From: Armatimonadota bacterium
GTDB taxonomy: Bacteria; Armatimonadota; Fimbriimonadia; Fimbriimonadales; GBS-DC
Assembly: GCA_037444405.1 (NCBI GenBank)
Contig: JBBIML010000007.1
Span: forward strand, 160,001 to 224,000
Direction of reading: 5' to 3'
DNA length: 64,000 nucleotides
Shown here: positions 50,730-60,713 of the stretch, piece by piece
Layout: each line of letters opens with the position of its first letter
Position numbering within the stretch: position 1 is the stretch's first letter
Notes under the pieces: generated by a model
The model's database searches: none
Seen by the model: only the letters and a program-made list of their open reading frames with translations
Told to the model about the DNA's origin: nothing
Made by a program: the position numbers and the translations under genes

Positions 50730-51733
50730 TGCGCATTGCGGTGGACGCGATGGGGGGCGATTACGCTCCCCAGGAGATTGTGCTGGGTGCGCTGGAGTCG
50801 GCGCGGCAGGTGAGCTTCGAGATTGTGCTGGTGGGCGACGCCGCGCAGATTGAGCCGTTGCTGCCGCGCCGTCGCCCGCCGAATCTGCACCTGCAGCACG
50901 CCTCGCAGGTTATCACGATGGACGATTCGCCGGTGATGGCGGTGCGGCGCAAGCGCGACTCGTCGCTGGTGGTCGCGGCGCAGATGGTGAAGCGGGGCGA
51001 GGCGGACGCGCTGGTATCGATGGGCAACACGGGCGCGGTGGGCGTGGTCGCCAAACTGCTGTGGGGGAGCCTGCCCTATGTGGATCGCCCCGCGATTGCC
51101 ACTGTGCTGCCCACCTACACGGGGCGCTGCGTGCTGCTGGACAGTGGCGCCACCGTCGATTGCGCGCCGCGCCACCTGCTCGACTTTGCGCTGATGGGTC
51201 AAATCTATGCTGCGCAGGTGCTGGAAATCCCCAGCCCGCGCGTCGGACTGCTCAATATCGGCGAGGAAGCCACCAAAGGCAACACGCTCACCAAAGAGGC
51301 GTACCAGCTGCTGCAGACTCACCTGAAGGATGAGTTCGTGGGCAATGTGGAGGGCAAGCGCTTTTTTGAGGGCGTCGCCGATGTGGTGGTGTGCGACGGC
51401 TTCGTGGGCAATGTGTTTTTGAAGACGGGCGAGGGCGTGGCGGAGACCATCCTCAAAATCGTGAAGGAGGAGCTGACCCGCAATGTGCTCAACCGCATCC
51501 CGCTGGCGTTGCTGAAGCCCGCGTTTGACCGAATCAAGCGTCGCCTCGATTATCGCGAGTATGGCGGTGCGCCGTTGCTGGGTGTGGATGGGGTGTGCAT
51601 TATCGGGCATGGGCGATCCGATCGGTACGCGGTGCGTCAGGCGATTGCGGTGGCGGCGCAGGCGGTCGCCAATCGGCTGGTGCCCACGCTGCGCCACGCG
51701 CTGGAGATTCTGCATCGGGAGAAGGAGGGCTAA
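50729..51733 (+). CDS. plsX: Phosphate acyltransferase
   Basis: IAVDAMGGD, GNTGA, LNIGEE, CDGFVGN, GGAPLLG. Confidence 0.96.
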   Translation: MRIAVDAMGGDYAPQEIVLGALESARQVSFEIVLVGDAAQIEPLLPRRRPPNLHLQHASQVITMDDSPVMAVRRKRDSSLVVAAQMVKRGEADALVSMGNTGAVGVVAKLLWGSLPYVDRPAIATVLPTYTGRCVLLDSGATVDCAPRHLLDFALMGQIYAAQVLEIPSPRVGLLNIGEEATKGNTLTKEAYQLLQTHLKDEFVGNVEGKRFFEGVADVVVCDGFVGNVFLKTGEGVAETILKIVKEELTRNVLNRIPLALLKPAFDRIKRRLDYREYGGAPLLGVDGVCIIGHGRSDRYAVRQAIAVAAQAVANRLVPTLRHALEILHREKEG

Positions 51734-51735
51734 GG

Positions 51736-52515
51736 GTGAAGTTGCGCGTCACGGTGCTGGGCTGTGGCACATCGATGGGCGTGCCGCAGCTGGGCTGCCG
51801 CTGTGCGGTCTGCACTTCGAGCGACCCGCGCAATCATCGCACGCGCCCCAGCGTTCACCTGCAGGCGTGCGATACCTGCGTGTTGATTGACGCGCCGCCA
51901 GAGCTGCGCCTGCAACTGCTTGCCGCGCGCCTCGATGAGCATCTGGACGCCGTGCTGATCACGCACACACATGCCGACCACATTATGGGGCTGGACGATG
52001 TGCGGGGCTTCACCTTGCGCACGGGCGAGCCTATCCCTGTGTATGCGGAGGCGGCGGCGCTGGACGATTTACAGCGCGTGTTTCGCTATGTGTTCTTCCC
52101 GTTTCCGCCGGGCACCAGCACGCCGCAGATAGAGTTCCGCGAGATCACGGGGGTGCTGGAGATTGGCGCGTTGCGCATCGAGCCGTTGCGCGTGTTTCAT
52201 GGTGAGATGCCGATACTGGCGTTTCGCGTGGGCAACTTCGCCTATGTAACGGATGTGAGCTATATTCCGCCCGAAAGCTTCGCGCGGTTGCAGGGGCTGG
52301 AGCTGCTGATTCTAGACGCTTTACGCTACGACCCGCACCCGACCCATTTCAATCTGGAGCAGGCGTTGCAGGTGGTGGCGGCGTTACAGCCGAAGCGCAC
52401 GCTGTTCACGCATCTCACGCACGCCTTTGACTATGAGCAGGTGAATGCCCAGTTACCAGCGGGCGTGGCGCTGGCGTATGACAGGCAGGTGGTGGAGATC
52501 GAGTATGAGGTATAA
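51736..52515 (+). CDS. MBL-fold hydrolase (PhnP-like)
   Basis: [30 protein letters not shown]. Confidence 0.9.
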   Translation: MKLRVTVLGCGTSMGVPQLGCRCAVCTSSDPRNHRTRPSVHLQACDTCVLIDAPPELRLQLLAARLDEHLDAVLITHTHADHIMGLDDVRGFTLRTGEPIPVYAEAAALDDLQRVFRYVFFPFPPGTSTPQIEFREITGVLEIGALRIEPLRVFHGEMPILAFRVGNFAYVTDVSYIPPESFARLQGLELLILDALRYDPHPTHFNLEQALQVVAALQPKRTLFTHLTHAFDYEQVNAQLPAGVALAYDRQVVEIEYEV

Positions 52516-52539
52516 TGGTTATCGGAAGGAGGTAGCGAT

Positions 52540-52791
52540 ATGGCAAGCAAGAAAGCTGGTGGCAGCACTCGAAACGGTCGGGATAGCAATCCGAAGTTTC
52601 TGGGCGTGAAGGAGTACGGCGGCGAGTTTGTGCGTGCAGGGCACATTATTGTGCGTCAGCGTGGCACGCGCTTCCATCCGGGCGTGAATGTGGGTCGTGG
52701 CAAGGACGACACGCTGTTCGCGCTGGTGGATGGCTATGTGCGCTTTGAGGGACCGCGCCATCGCCGTCGGGTGAGCGTGATTCCGGCTTAG
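52540..52791 (+). CDS. rpmA: 50S ribosomal protein L27
   Basis: [32 protein letters not shown]. Confidence 0.97.
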   Translation: MASKKAGGSTRNGRDSNPKFLGVKEYGGEFVRAGHIIVRQRGTRFHPGVNVGRGKDDTLFALVDGYVRFEGPRHRRRVSVIPA

Positions 52792-52795
52792 CTCC

Positions 52796-53809
52796 GTGGC
52801 ACGGCGCGCCGTCGAGTACGATAGTCCATGGAAAGAGGCTCTGGAACATTTTCTGGAGCCGTGCTTGGCACTTTGCTTTCCCCATCTGCACGCGTTGGTG
52901 GATTGGACACGAGGGTTCACCTTTTTGGAGAGCGAACTGCGGCGTCTATTGCCTGACAGCCGCACACGGCGCCAGATGGTTGACAAGCTCGTGCAGGTCT
53001 ATCTGAAGGATGGCAGCGAGCAGTGGGTGCTGATCCATGTGGAGGTGCAGTCGCAGTCGGAGGCAGAATTTGCCGAGCGGATGTACGCTTACCATGCAAG
53101 AATCTGGCTTCAGTTTCGACGCCCTGTGATAAGCGTTGCGATTTTAGCTGACGAGAATCGCAACTGGCGTCCGCGCGAGTATCGACACGAGTTAGCGGGC
53201 TGCGAGCTTCGGTTCCGCTTCCCAATAGTCAAGCTGCTGGACATGGACGAGCAGGTGCTGGAGCAGAGTCCGAACCCGTTCGCGCTGGTGATTCTGACCT
53301 ATCGGCAGGCTGTGCGGACACGCGGTACGCCAGAGTTACGCCTGAGCGAGAAGATTCGCCTGACGCGCTTGCTGGTCGAAAGAGGGTATGATTTTAACGC
53401 AGCGGTACAATTGCTGAGGCTGGTGGATTGGTTTATGAGACTACCGGAGCTGTTGGAAGAGACCTATCAGGGCTACCTGCGTCGGCTGCGCGAAGAGGGC
53501 GTGCGCTATATCAGCAACTTCGAGCGCATCATTATTCGCGAAGGGTTGGAGCAGGGACTGCAGCAGGGATTGCAGCAGGGATTGCAGCAGGGACTGCAAG
53601 ACGCTATTCTTGGGGTTCTGGAGACCCGATTCGGTGTGCTGCCCGAATCGCTCCAGGATAAGGTGCGCCGGATCAATTCACTGGAGGTTCTGAATACTCT
53701 CTGTCGGCAAGCCGCGATAGTCGACAACCTTGATGCGTTCGAGCAGCAGCTGGAACGCCTGTGGCAGTCATCGATACCTGATAGCAGCGCGCCCGACCCG
53801 AATCAGTAA
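52796..53809 (+). CDS. Rpn-like PD-(D/E)XK protein
   Basis: YDSPWK, VDKLV, IHVEVQSQ, FAERMY; GLQQ repeats. Confidence 0.8.
   Translation: MARRAVEYDSPWKEALEHFLEPCLALCFPHLHALVDWTRGFTFLESELRRLLPDSRTRRQMVDKLVQVYLKDGSEQWVLIHVEVQSQSEAEFAERMYAYHARIWLQFRRPVISVAILADENRNWRPREYRHELAGCELRFRFPIVKLLDMDEQVLEQSPNPFALVILTYRQAVRTRGTPELRLSEKIRLTRLLVERGYDFNAAVQLLRLVDWFMRLPELLEETYQGYLRRLREEGVRYISNFERIIIREGLEQGLQQGLQQGLQQGLQDAILGVLETRFGVLPESLQDKVRRINSLEVLNTLCRQAAIVDNLDAFEQQLERLWQSSIPDSSAPDPNQ
53543..53599 (+). repeat. 12-nt coding tandem repeat (GLQQ, about 5 units)
   Basis: GGA(C/T)TGCAGCAG units. Confidence 0.85.
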
Positions 53810-53821
53810 TCTTGGGCAGGC

Positions 53822-54400
53822 TTACAGGGCGAACTCGCGCAGCTCGTATCTGCCCGGCTGAAGTCGCACCAGCAGGCAGATGCGGTCGGTATCGCCGTCA
53901 TAGAACACATAGAACGGCTCCTCTTCCAGCTCCGCCTGCAGTAAGGCTTCTTCGACGGGCATCGGCTTGAGGCTTACCAGCCGCGTGCGCACGAGCGTGG
54001 GGTTCGATTCCGCTTCTTCGCTGGCTTCGGTGGCGGCGATGGGCAGCGATTCGCGCTCAGTGCGTGTCAGGCGATTGCTGCCGCGTTGTAGGCGCTCTTT
54101 ATAGCGCGTTAGCTGGTGTTCCAGCCCCTGCACGGCGGCGTCGACCGCCACCCGCAGCTCGGCAGCACGCTCGGCGTAGTGGAAGCGGTGCCCGTCCGCG
54201 CTTTCGAGGTGGATGGAGATGCTGTGCTGCCCGCGCTGGAACTCGTGCGTAACCTCAATCCACAGGATGCGATGGAAGAATCGGGTCAATTTGCGCAGTT
54301 TGCGCTCGATGTACGCCTTCGCATCGGCAGGCAACTCATCATGCGGGCTTCGAATGGTAATATCGCCGATTTCGACCTCTTTGCGTCTCTGTTTTGCCAT
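53822..54400 (-). CDS. hpf: Long ribosome hibernation promoting factor
   Basis: YIERKLRKL..LEHQLTRYKERL; C-terminal LKPMPVEEA...FYVF. Confidence 0.85.
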   Translation of the reverse strand: MAKQRRKEVEIGDITIRSPHDELPADAKAYIERKLRKLTRFFHRILWIEVTHEFQRGQHSISIHLESADGHRFHYAERAAELRVAVDAAVQGLEHQLTRYKERLQRGSNRLTRTERESLPIAATEASEEAESNPTLVRTRLVSLKPMPVEEALLQAELEEEPFYVFYDGDTDRICLLVRLQPGRYELREFAL

Positions 54401-54411
54401 GGTGAACCTCC

Positions 54412-55596
54412 TTAGTCGGCAGGTGTGCGGGGTTGATAGATGGTGGCGACGGCATGGCAGGCGATTGCCTGCTGTTTGCCGACAGCGTCCAGTCCTTCGC
54501 TGGTGGTCGCCTTGATGCTGACTTGTTCGGGCGTGAGGTTCAGAGCGTGCGCGATTCGGGCGCGCATGGCGGGGATGTGGGGCGCCAGTCGGGGCGCTTC
54601 TGCGAGGATGGTTGCGTCGATATGGGCGATTTGCCAGCCGCGTTCGGCAAGCATCTGCTGCACGCGCTGGAGCAGCACGAGGCTGCTGATGTCTTTCCAG
54701 CGCGGGTCGGTGTTGGGAAAATGTTGCCCGATGTCGCCGAGCGCGGCGGCGCCCAGCAGCGCGTCGCAGATAGCGTGCAGCACCACATCGGCGTCCGAAT
54801 GCCCCTTTAGACCCAGCGCGTGTTCGATTTCCAGACCTCCCAGTATCAGTTTGCGCCCCTCCACGAGGGGATGTATATCATACCCGATTCCGGTGCGAAT
54901 CTGCATCGTGCCCTCCACATGGTTGATGAGCTGACGGTAGTCGTCGGGCGTGGTGATTTTGAGGTTGAGCGCGTCGCCGGACACGGTGTGAACGGGGTAG
55001 CCTGCCTGCTCCAGCAGGAAGGCGTCGTCGGGTGCGTTGTCGAGACCTGCGCTGATCGCGCGCTGATGGGCGTCGCGCAGCCAGTCGGCGCGGAACACCT
55101 GCGGCGTCTGCACGCGATAGACGCCCTCGCGCGGAAGGGTTTGCGCCACCTGTCCGCTTTCGGTGAGGCGTTTGAGCGTGTCGTACACAGGCAGCACGGG
55201 GATGGCGGCGCCATGCTCGCGGGCGCAGGCGAAGAGGCGGTCGAGCATGGCGTGCGAGGGCAGCGGGCGCGCGGCGTCGTGAACGGCAACCCATTCGGCG
55301 TCGGACGGCACGCAGCTCAGCCCGTGGCGCACGCTTTGCTGGCGAGTCGCGCCGCCGACGCCACAGATTTGCACATGTTTAGCAGGTTGCCCCGCACCTG
55401 AAAGGGTAAGTTCCGACTGGAAACGGGGTTCGTCGCCGGGCGCGACGACCAGCGTGGCGCCCGACACCTGCGGGTGGGTGAGCAGTTGCCGAACGGCATG
55501 CCACCAGAGCGGTCGCCCATGCAGGGGGAGCCAGAGCTTGTCGGGCTTACCGTATCGGGCGCCGCTTCCGGCTGCCAGGATAAGGGCGTGTACCAT
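54412..55596 (-). CDS. ispDF: Bifunctional IspD/IspF
   Basis: [47 protein letters not shown]; alternative GTG start at 55608. Confidence 0.92.
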   Translation of the reverse strand: MVHALILAAGSGARYGKPDKLWLPLHGRPLWWHAVRQLLTHPQVSGATLVVAPGDEPRFQSELTLSGAGQPAKHVQICGVGGATRQQSVRHGLSCVPSDAEWVAVHDAARPLPSHAMLDRLFACAREHGAAIPVLPVYDTLKRLTESGQVAQTLPREGVYRVQTPQVFRADWLRDAHQRAISAGLDNAPDDAFLLEQAGYPVHTVSGDALNLKITTPDDYRQLINHVEGTMQIRTGIGYDIHPLVEGRKLILGGLEIEHALGLKGHSDADVVLHAICDALLGAAALGDIGQHFPNTDPRWKDISSLVLLQRVQQMLAERGWQIAHIDATILAEAPRLAPHIPAMRARIAHALNLTPEQVSIKATTSEGLDAVGKQQAIACHAVATIYQPRTPAD

Positions 55597-56680
55597 AGTC
55601 GGTGCCACCTTCTGTCGAGTCGCTCCACTGTTTGGGTTCGGCGAAAATCATTTTGCCGCGCGTGGACTGCAGCACGCTCGTGACGACCACATCGATGGCT
55701 TGCTGGATGTAGGGTCGCCCGCCTTCGACCACCACCATTGTGCCGTCTTCGAGGTAGGCGATGCCCTGCTCTGGTTCCTGCCCCTCGCGGATGGGGGTGA
55801 CGGTCAGTTCCTCGCCGGGCAGCACATGGATTCGCACGGCTTCGGCGAGTTCGTTGATGTTCAGCACGCGCACGCCCTGCAGTTCCGCCACGCGGTTCAG
55901 GTTGTAATCGTTGGTGATGATGTCGGCTCGCAGCGCTTTTGCCAGTCGCACCAGTCGCGCGTCCACATCGTCGTTGGCGGGTGGCGCGAGTCGGTCGTGC
56001 GTGCGCACCTCCAGTTCGGCTTCCTGCTGGAGCTGCTTGAGTACTTCCAGCCCGCGTCGTCCGCGGGCGCGGCGCAGTGGGTCTTCCGAATCGGCGATAT
56101 GTTGCAGTTCATCCAGCACGAAGCCCGGCACATAGAGGCGTCCTTCCAGGAAGCCTGAGCGCCAGATGTCGCGGATTCGCCCGTCGATAATCACGCTGGT
56201 GTCCAGCACCTTGATGCCGCGCGAGCGGCGCGCCATCTGCGCGGTGAGTGGCAGGTACTCTTTCATGCTCAGGAAGCTGACCACGCTGAGGTAGACCAGC
56301 ACGGTGAAGACGAGCAGGGTGAGCGCCCAGCCCAGCCGTGCGCCGCCTATCGCGAACAGCAGGGGATAGAGCGCGAAGGTGATAATCGCCGCTGAGAGCA
56401 ATCCCAACCCGATTGCCAGCTTCTCGTCGGGCTCCGCCTCCTCCAGATGTTGCGCCACACGCGACAGCAGTTCGAAGCCGTGATTGCCCACCAGAATGCC
56501 CAACAACAGCCCCGCCGTTGTGAAACCGATCCGTGTCCAGAGCGGCGAGATTGCCACATCGCCACCCCACCGCTCGCTCACCATCCGCAGAAAGGGGTCC
56601 GTCAGCAGGAAGCCCACTGTGGCGAACAGCACCATCCCGACTGCCACGAACAGCCAATACATGAAGCGATGGATAGTCAT
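55547..56680 (-). CDS. YacL-like membrane PIN/TRAM protein
   Basis: [28 protein letters not shown]; upstream of ispD. Confidence 0.92.
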   Translation of the reverse strand: MTIHRFMYWLFVAVGMVLFATVGFLLTDPFLRMVSERWGGDVAISPLWTRIGFTTAGLLLGILVGNHGFELLSRVAQHLEEAEPDEKLAIGLGLLSAAIITFALYPLLFAIGGARLGWALTLLVFTVLVYLSVVSFLSMKEYLPLTAQMARRSRGIKVLDTSVIIDGRIRDIWRSGFLEGRLYVPGFVLDELQHIADSEDPLRRARGRRGLEVLKQLQQEAELEVRTHDRLAPPANDDVDARLVRLAKALRADIITNDYNLNRVAELQGVRVLNINELAEAVRIHVLPGEELTVTPIREGQEPEQGIAYLEDGTMVVVEGGRPYIQQAIDVVVTSVLQSTRGKMIFAEPKQWSDSTEGGTDYGTRPYPGSRKRRPIR

Positions 56681-56729
56681 ACCGAGCCTCCCTATAGATT
56701 ATACGCTTCTGCTCCCCCAAAAGTGGCGA

Positions 56730-57200
56730 TTAATCCCAGCGGTGATAGGCGGGGTGGTCGGGCGGCACTGCCACGAACAGTCCGCGGCAGGTGGCACAGA
56801 GCTGTCCCTTCGCCCACAGCTCGCCCTCCACCACCACGCGGTTGCCCTTCGTTTCCACCACGCGCGCGGTCAGGCGCACCGGCTCATCGGTCGGCGTGGG
56901 GCGCAACAGGCGGATGTGATACTCCGCCGTAACGGTTGCGGGCGGGTGAGTCAGTCCCTGCGTTTGCATCAGGTGATAGGCGGCTGCCCAGTTGCAGTGG
57001 CAATCGAGCAGGGTGCCGATAACGCCGCCGTTCAGCGCGCCGGGAAACGCCTCGTGATGGGCTTCAGGCTGCCACTCGGCGATCAGTTGCCCGCCCTCCA
57101 CGAAGCTGCGGATGCGCAGCCCCTTCGGGTTGGCAGGTCCACAGCCGTAGCAGGTGCTGTTCGGCGCGTAGGTCTCCTGCAAGCTCTTTTTCGCGTCCAC
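56730..57200 (-). CDS. PaaI family thioesterase
   Basis: CYGCGPANPKGL, NGGVIGTLLD. Confidence 0.85.
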   Translation of the reverse strand: MDAKKSLQETYAPNSTCYGCGPANPKGLRIRSFVEGGQLIAEWQPEAHHEAFPGALNGGVIGTLLDCHCNWAAAYHLMQTQGLTHPPATVTAEYHIRLLRPTPTDEPVRLTARVVETKGNRVVVEGELWAKGQLCATCRGLFVAVPPDHPAYHRWD

Positions 57201-57295
57201 AGGGGATCGATTCGCGCCGAAAAAGCAGGAATCCTGCAGGTGAAATGGTATACAAATGTCTACCCGGTGTCCTTTAACGAGCGGAGGGATTCGCT

Positions 57296-57724
57296 ATGGA
57301 ACTCAAGGAGCCGATGGAGCAGGAGTTTGTGATTGCGTCGGAGCGCAACGGGGAGTACCCGTTCACGCGCGAGGATTCGTTCGAGCGCAAGTTGCGCCGT
57401 CATCGTCGTCGGCAGACCGAGCTGGGCGAGCATGTGGCGGTGCCGGATGTGGCGGTGGACTATTTCGAGCGGGTCGAGATCGAGGCGGTGCTGGATCGGG
57501 CGGATCTGACGCCGCGTCAGCGCTATGTGTGCGAGCGCTATCTGAGTGGCTGGACCCTGCAGGAGATTGGCAAGCAGCTCCAGATCTCCAAGCAGGCGGT
57601 GGCGAAGACGCTCAAGTTCGCCATTTCGAAGCTCAAGCGGGCGTGGGAGAGCAATCCCTATCGTGGTCTGGCGGAGGTCTATCGCTACGAGGTCAGTCGC
57701 TGTGGCGGGGCACGGCGCTGGTGA
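57296..57724 (+). CDS. Small protein with a sigma-70 region 4-like HTH
   Basis: LTPRQR...GWTLQEIGKQLQISKQAV. Confidence 0.75.
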   Translation: MELKEPMEQEFVIASERNGEYPFTREDSFERKLRRHRRRQTELGEHVAVPDVAVDYFERVEIEAVLDRADLTPRQRYVCERYLSGWTLQEIGKQLQISKQAVAKTLKFAISKLKRAWESNPYRGLAEVYRYEVSRCGGARRW

Positions 57725-57864
57725 TGGGAACCCTCCTCACCTGCCCCGCCGCAGCGCCAGCTGGGTGGAACAGGGTACACTATTTGTTCGTCTAAGACGG
57801 TGAGGAGGGAAGCGGAGCCACTGATGGGGAACTTCTCGCTATCCGCCCTCGTATAACCCTCTTG

Positions 57865-58479
57865 ATGGAGGCGGGAACGGTGACTTATACGGCGGCAGCG
57901 ACATGCATGGAAGACGAGATTCAGCGCGAGTTTGATGAGCTGGTGCGCCGTCACTATCGTCAAGCCTACAACCTTGCCTACCGCCTCACAGGGAACGCCG
58001 CCGATGCGGAGGACCTGGTGCAGGATGCCTTTCTGCGCGCCTACCGCTTTTTTGACCGCTACGACCGCAGTATGCCCTTCATGAACTGGTTCAGCCGAAT
58101 CATGACCAATCTCTATATTGACGAGTATCGTCGGCGTGGTCGGCTGAAGACCGTCTCGCTGGATGAGCCGTTGCTGACCGACGAGGGCGAGGAGGGCACG
58201 CCGCTGGAGCTGCCCGATCCGGGGCTTAGCCCGCTGGAGATCGCACTTGATCGGGAGTATGTGGACGCCATCGAGGAGGGTCTCCGGCAGTTGCCCCCGG
58301 AGTTCCGCACGGCGGTCGTGCTCGCGGACAGCTACGGGCACTCCTATGAAGAGATTGCGGAGATTATGGGCACCTCCATCGGCACGGTGCGCTCGCGCAT
58401 CCATCGCGGGCGCAAACAGCTGCGGGATTACCTGATGAGGAAGTACCCCGAACTTTTCGAGCGAGGTGATGTGAAATGA
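57865..58479 (+). CDS. ECF sigma factor
   Basis: DAEDLVQDAFLRA, SYEEIA, GTVRSRIHRGR. Confidence 0.93.
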   Translation: MEAGTVTYTAAATCMEDEIQREFDELVRRHYRQAYNLAYRLTGNAADAEDLVQDAFLRAYRFFDRYDRSMPFMNWFSRIMTNLYIDEYRRRGRLKTVSLDEPLLTDEGEEGTPLELPDPGLSPLEIALDREYVDAIEEGLRQLPPEFRTAVVLADSYGHSYEEIAEIMGTSIGTVRSRIHRGRKQLRDYLMRKYPELFERGDVK

Positions 58480-59078
58480 ACTGTCGCTATGTGCAGTCTC
58501 ACCTTTCGGCGTACATCGACATGGAACTGACGGGCTGGGAGCAGCAGCGGATTCGCGCTCATCTGGAGTGTTGTCTGGACTGCTCGGCGGAGTACGAGAC
58601 CCTGCGGCGCATGAAGCACCTGATGCGCCATTTGCCCACGGTGATCCCTCTGAGGGGACCCGAAGCGGTTTTGCAGCGCTTGCATCGGCAGCGCGTGGTT
58701 GAGCAGGGGCGTCGGCGGTTGATCTGGCGCACGCGGTGGTGGCGCTACGCCTGGGGTGCCGCCGCCACCGTCGCGCTGCTGTTCTGGTTTTCCGCTTACG
58801 ACGAAGAGAACCCCATCCGCCCCATGCAAAGCGATACCCTGACCCCGACCTTCAGCAGTACCTATTCTAACCGAACCGTTCCGCTCCCCTTACTTCAGCG
58901 CTCTCAAAACAGCCCTTTGATCAGCACCCGTTATGAACCGAACCCTGCCCCAATAGAGATATGGATGACTCCGAACCCTTCCACGCTGTATCCGTCTCAA
59001 CCGGCTGTAATGCCCACAGGGGCAGGATGGCAGCCTGTGGACTCGTTTCAGCCCGCTTTTGGGCTGCAGGTCAAATAA
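58476..59078 (+). CDS. Zinc-finger (zf-HC2) membrane anti-sigma factor
   Basis: LSAYID..HLECCLDC, one TM segment; ATGA-coupled to the sigma gene. Confidence 0.88.
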   Translation: MNCRYVQSHLSAYIDMELTGWEQQRIRAHLECCLDCSAEYETLRRMKHLMRHLPTVIPLRGPEAVLQRLHRQRVVEQGRRRLIWRTRWWRYAWGAAATVALLFWFSAYDEENPIRPMQSDTLTPTFSSTYSNRTVPLPLLQRSQNSPLISTRYEPNPAPIEIWMTPNPSTLYPSQPAVMPTGAGWQPVDSFQPAFGLQVK

Positions 59079-59099
59079 TCTGTTGCAGGGAGGTGAAAA

Positions 59100-60611
59100 A
59101 TGATGAAACGCTGGTGGTTAATCGTGGGTATCGTGGCGGTTTTGAGCGTGGGCGCGGTGCTGGCGCTGCGCTCGCCGCTGGGCGCGATTGCGCAGGAGCG
59201 ACTGGCGACGGTCTCGTTCACGCCGCAGGAACGCACCACGCTGGTGAGCCTCGAATCGGCGTTCGCGCGGCTGGTGGAGACCGTTCAGCCGACGGTCGTC
59301 CACATTCGGGTCAAAAAGCGCCTGCCGCAGGCGCGCATTCAGGGCGACGATGACCTGCGCGGCTTCTTCCGCCGATTTGGTATTCCCGATGATGAGATGC
59401 CTGATCTGCCCCGGTTTGCGCCTCCACGCGTGATTCAGGGCGAGGGTTCAGGCGTGATTATCCGCAGTGACGGCTACATCCTGACGAACGATCATGTGGT
59501 CAGCGGTGCGGACGAGGTAGAGGTCACCTTCGCGGACGGCAGCAAGGCGAACGGCACGGTGCTGCGCGCGCCGAATATGGATATCGCGCTGGTGAAGGTG
59601 AACCGCCGCAACCTGCCCACCGCTGTGCTGGGCGATTCGTCGACGGTGAAACCGGGTCAAATTGTGTTCGCGTTTGGCAGCCCGTTCGGGCTGGAGAAGA
59701 CCGTCACGATGGGCATCGTGAGCGCGGTTGGTCGCCGTGAAGTGATTGGCGGCGCCGATATGCCCCGCTTCTACCCCGACCTGATTCAGACCGACGCTGC
59801 GATCAACGGCGGCAACTCCGGTGGTCCGCTGGTGAACGCGCGTGGTGAGGTGATTGGCATCAACACGGCGATTGTCAGCGGGCTGACAGGCGGCAATGTG
59901 GGCGTTGGCTTCGCCATCCCCATCAATCGCGCGAAGTCGGTCGTGCGCCAGCTCATCGAGAAAGGCTCCTATGTGCGCGGCTATCTCGGTGTGGGGCTGG
60001 ATGACCTCAGCCCGGAGATGAAGCAGGAGCTGAAGGTGGAGCGCGGCGCGCTGGTGGTGCAGGTCGAAATCGGCTCGCCTGCTGACAAGGCAGGCATCCG
60101 CGCAGGCGATGTGATTATCGAGATGGACGGTAAGCCCATCGAGGATCAGATCGCCCTGCGCGATATGATTGCCGAGAAGGGTCCGGGCGCGGAAGCGCGC
60201 TTCAAGATTGTGCGGGAGGGCAAAACGCTCACGGTGTCCGCCACGCTGGGTCAGCATCCCGCGGATGTGAAGACGCCGCCTGTGCGTGGCAAAGCGGAGC
60301 TGACGCCGCCCAGCCCGATTGAGAAGCTGGGTATCCGCGTGGGCAGCGTGCCCGACGATGTACGCCGCGCGCTCAATCGTCAGCAGGGCGCGTTCGTGAC
60401 GGAGGTCGACCGCGATAGCCCGGCTGCCGAAGCGGGCTTGCAGGCGGGCGACCTGATTATCGCCGTCAACGATAAGCCCGTCAACTCGCCGCGCGACTTC
60501 GAGCAGGCGGTTCAGGGCATCAAAGGCGGTCAGACCGTGCGCCTGCGCGTGCTGCGCCAGGTGGAGGATCGCACGGTCGAATCGCTGGTGATGTTCCGCG
60601 CACCTGAATAG
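59100..60611 (+). CDS. HtrA/DegP serine protease with two PDZ domains
   Basis: GSG, LTNDHVV, QTDAAINGGNSGGPL. Confidence 0.94.
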   Translation: MMKRWWLIVGIVAVLSVGAVLALRSPLGAIAQERLATVSFTPQERTTLVSLESAFARLVETVQPTVVHIRVKKRLPQARIQGDDDLRGFFRRFGIPDDEMPDLPRFAPPRVIQGEGSGVIIRSDGYILTNDHVVSGADEVEVTFADGSKANGTVLRAPNMDIALVKVNRRNLPTAVLGDSSTVKPGQIVFAFGSPFGLEKTVTMGIVSAVGRREVIGGADMPRFYPDLIQTDAAINGGNSGGPLVNARGEVIGINTAIVSGLTGGNVGVGFAIPINRAKSVVRQLIEKGSYVRGYLGVGLDDLSPEMKQELKVERGALVVQVEIGSPADKAGIRAGDVIIEMDGKPIEDQIALRDMIAEKGPGAEARFKIVREGKTLTVSATLGQHPADVKTPPVRGKAELTPPSPIEKLGIRVGSVPDDVRRALNRQQGAFVTEVDRDSPAAEAGLQAGDLIIAVNDKPVNSPRDFEQAVQGIKGGQTVRLRVLRQVEDRTVESLVMFRAPE

Positions 60612-60622
60612 CGCCTGGAAAT

Positions 60623-60712
60623 CCTCACCCCCTTACCCCCTCTCCCACGCTGCAGGTGAGGGGGTTTCCAGGTCCCTCTCCCCCACCTGCGGGGGAGAGG
60701 GTACGGGTGAGA
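60623..60712. repeat. Palindromic repeat family A, inverted pair
   Basis: CCTCACCCCCTTACCCCCTCTCCC... and CCCTCTCCCCCAC-CT-GCGGGGGAGAGGGTACGGGTGAG. Confidence 0.78.
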
Positions 60713-60713
60713 G

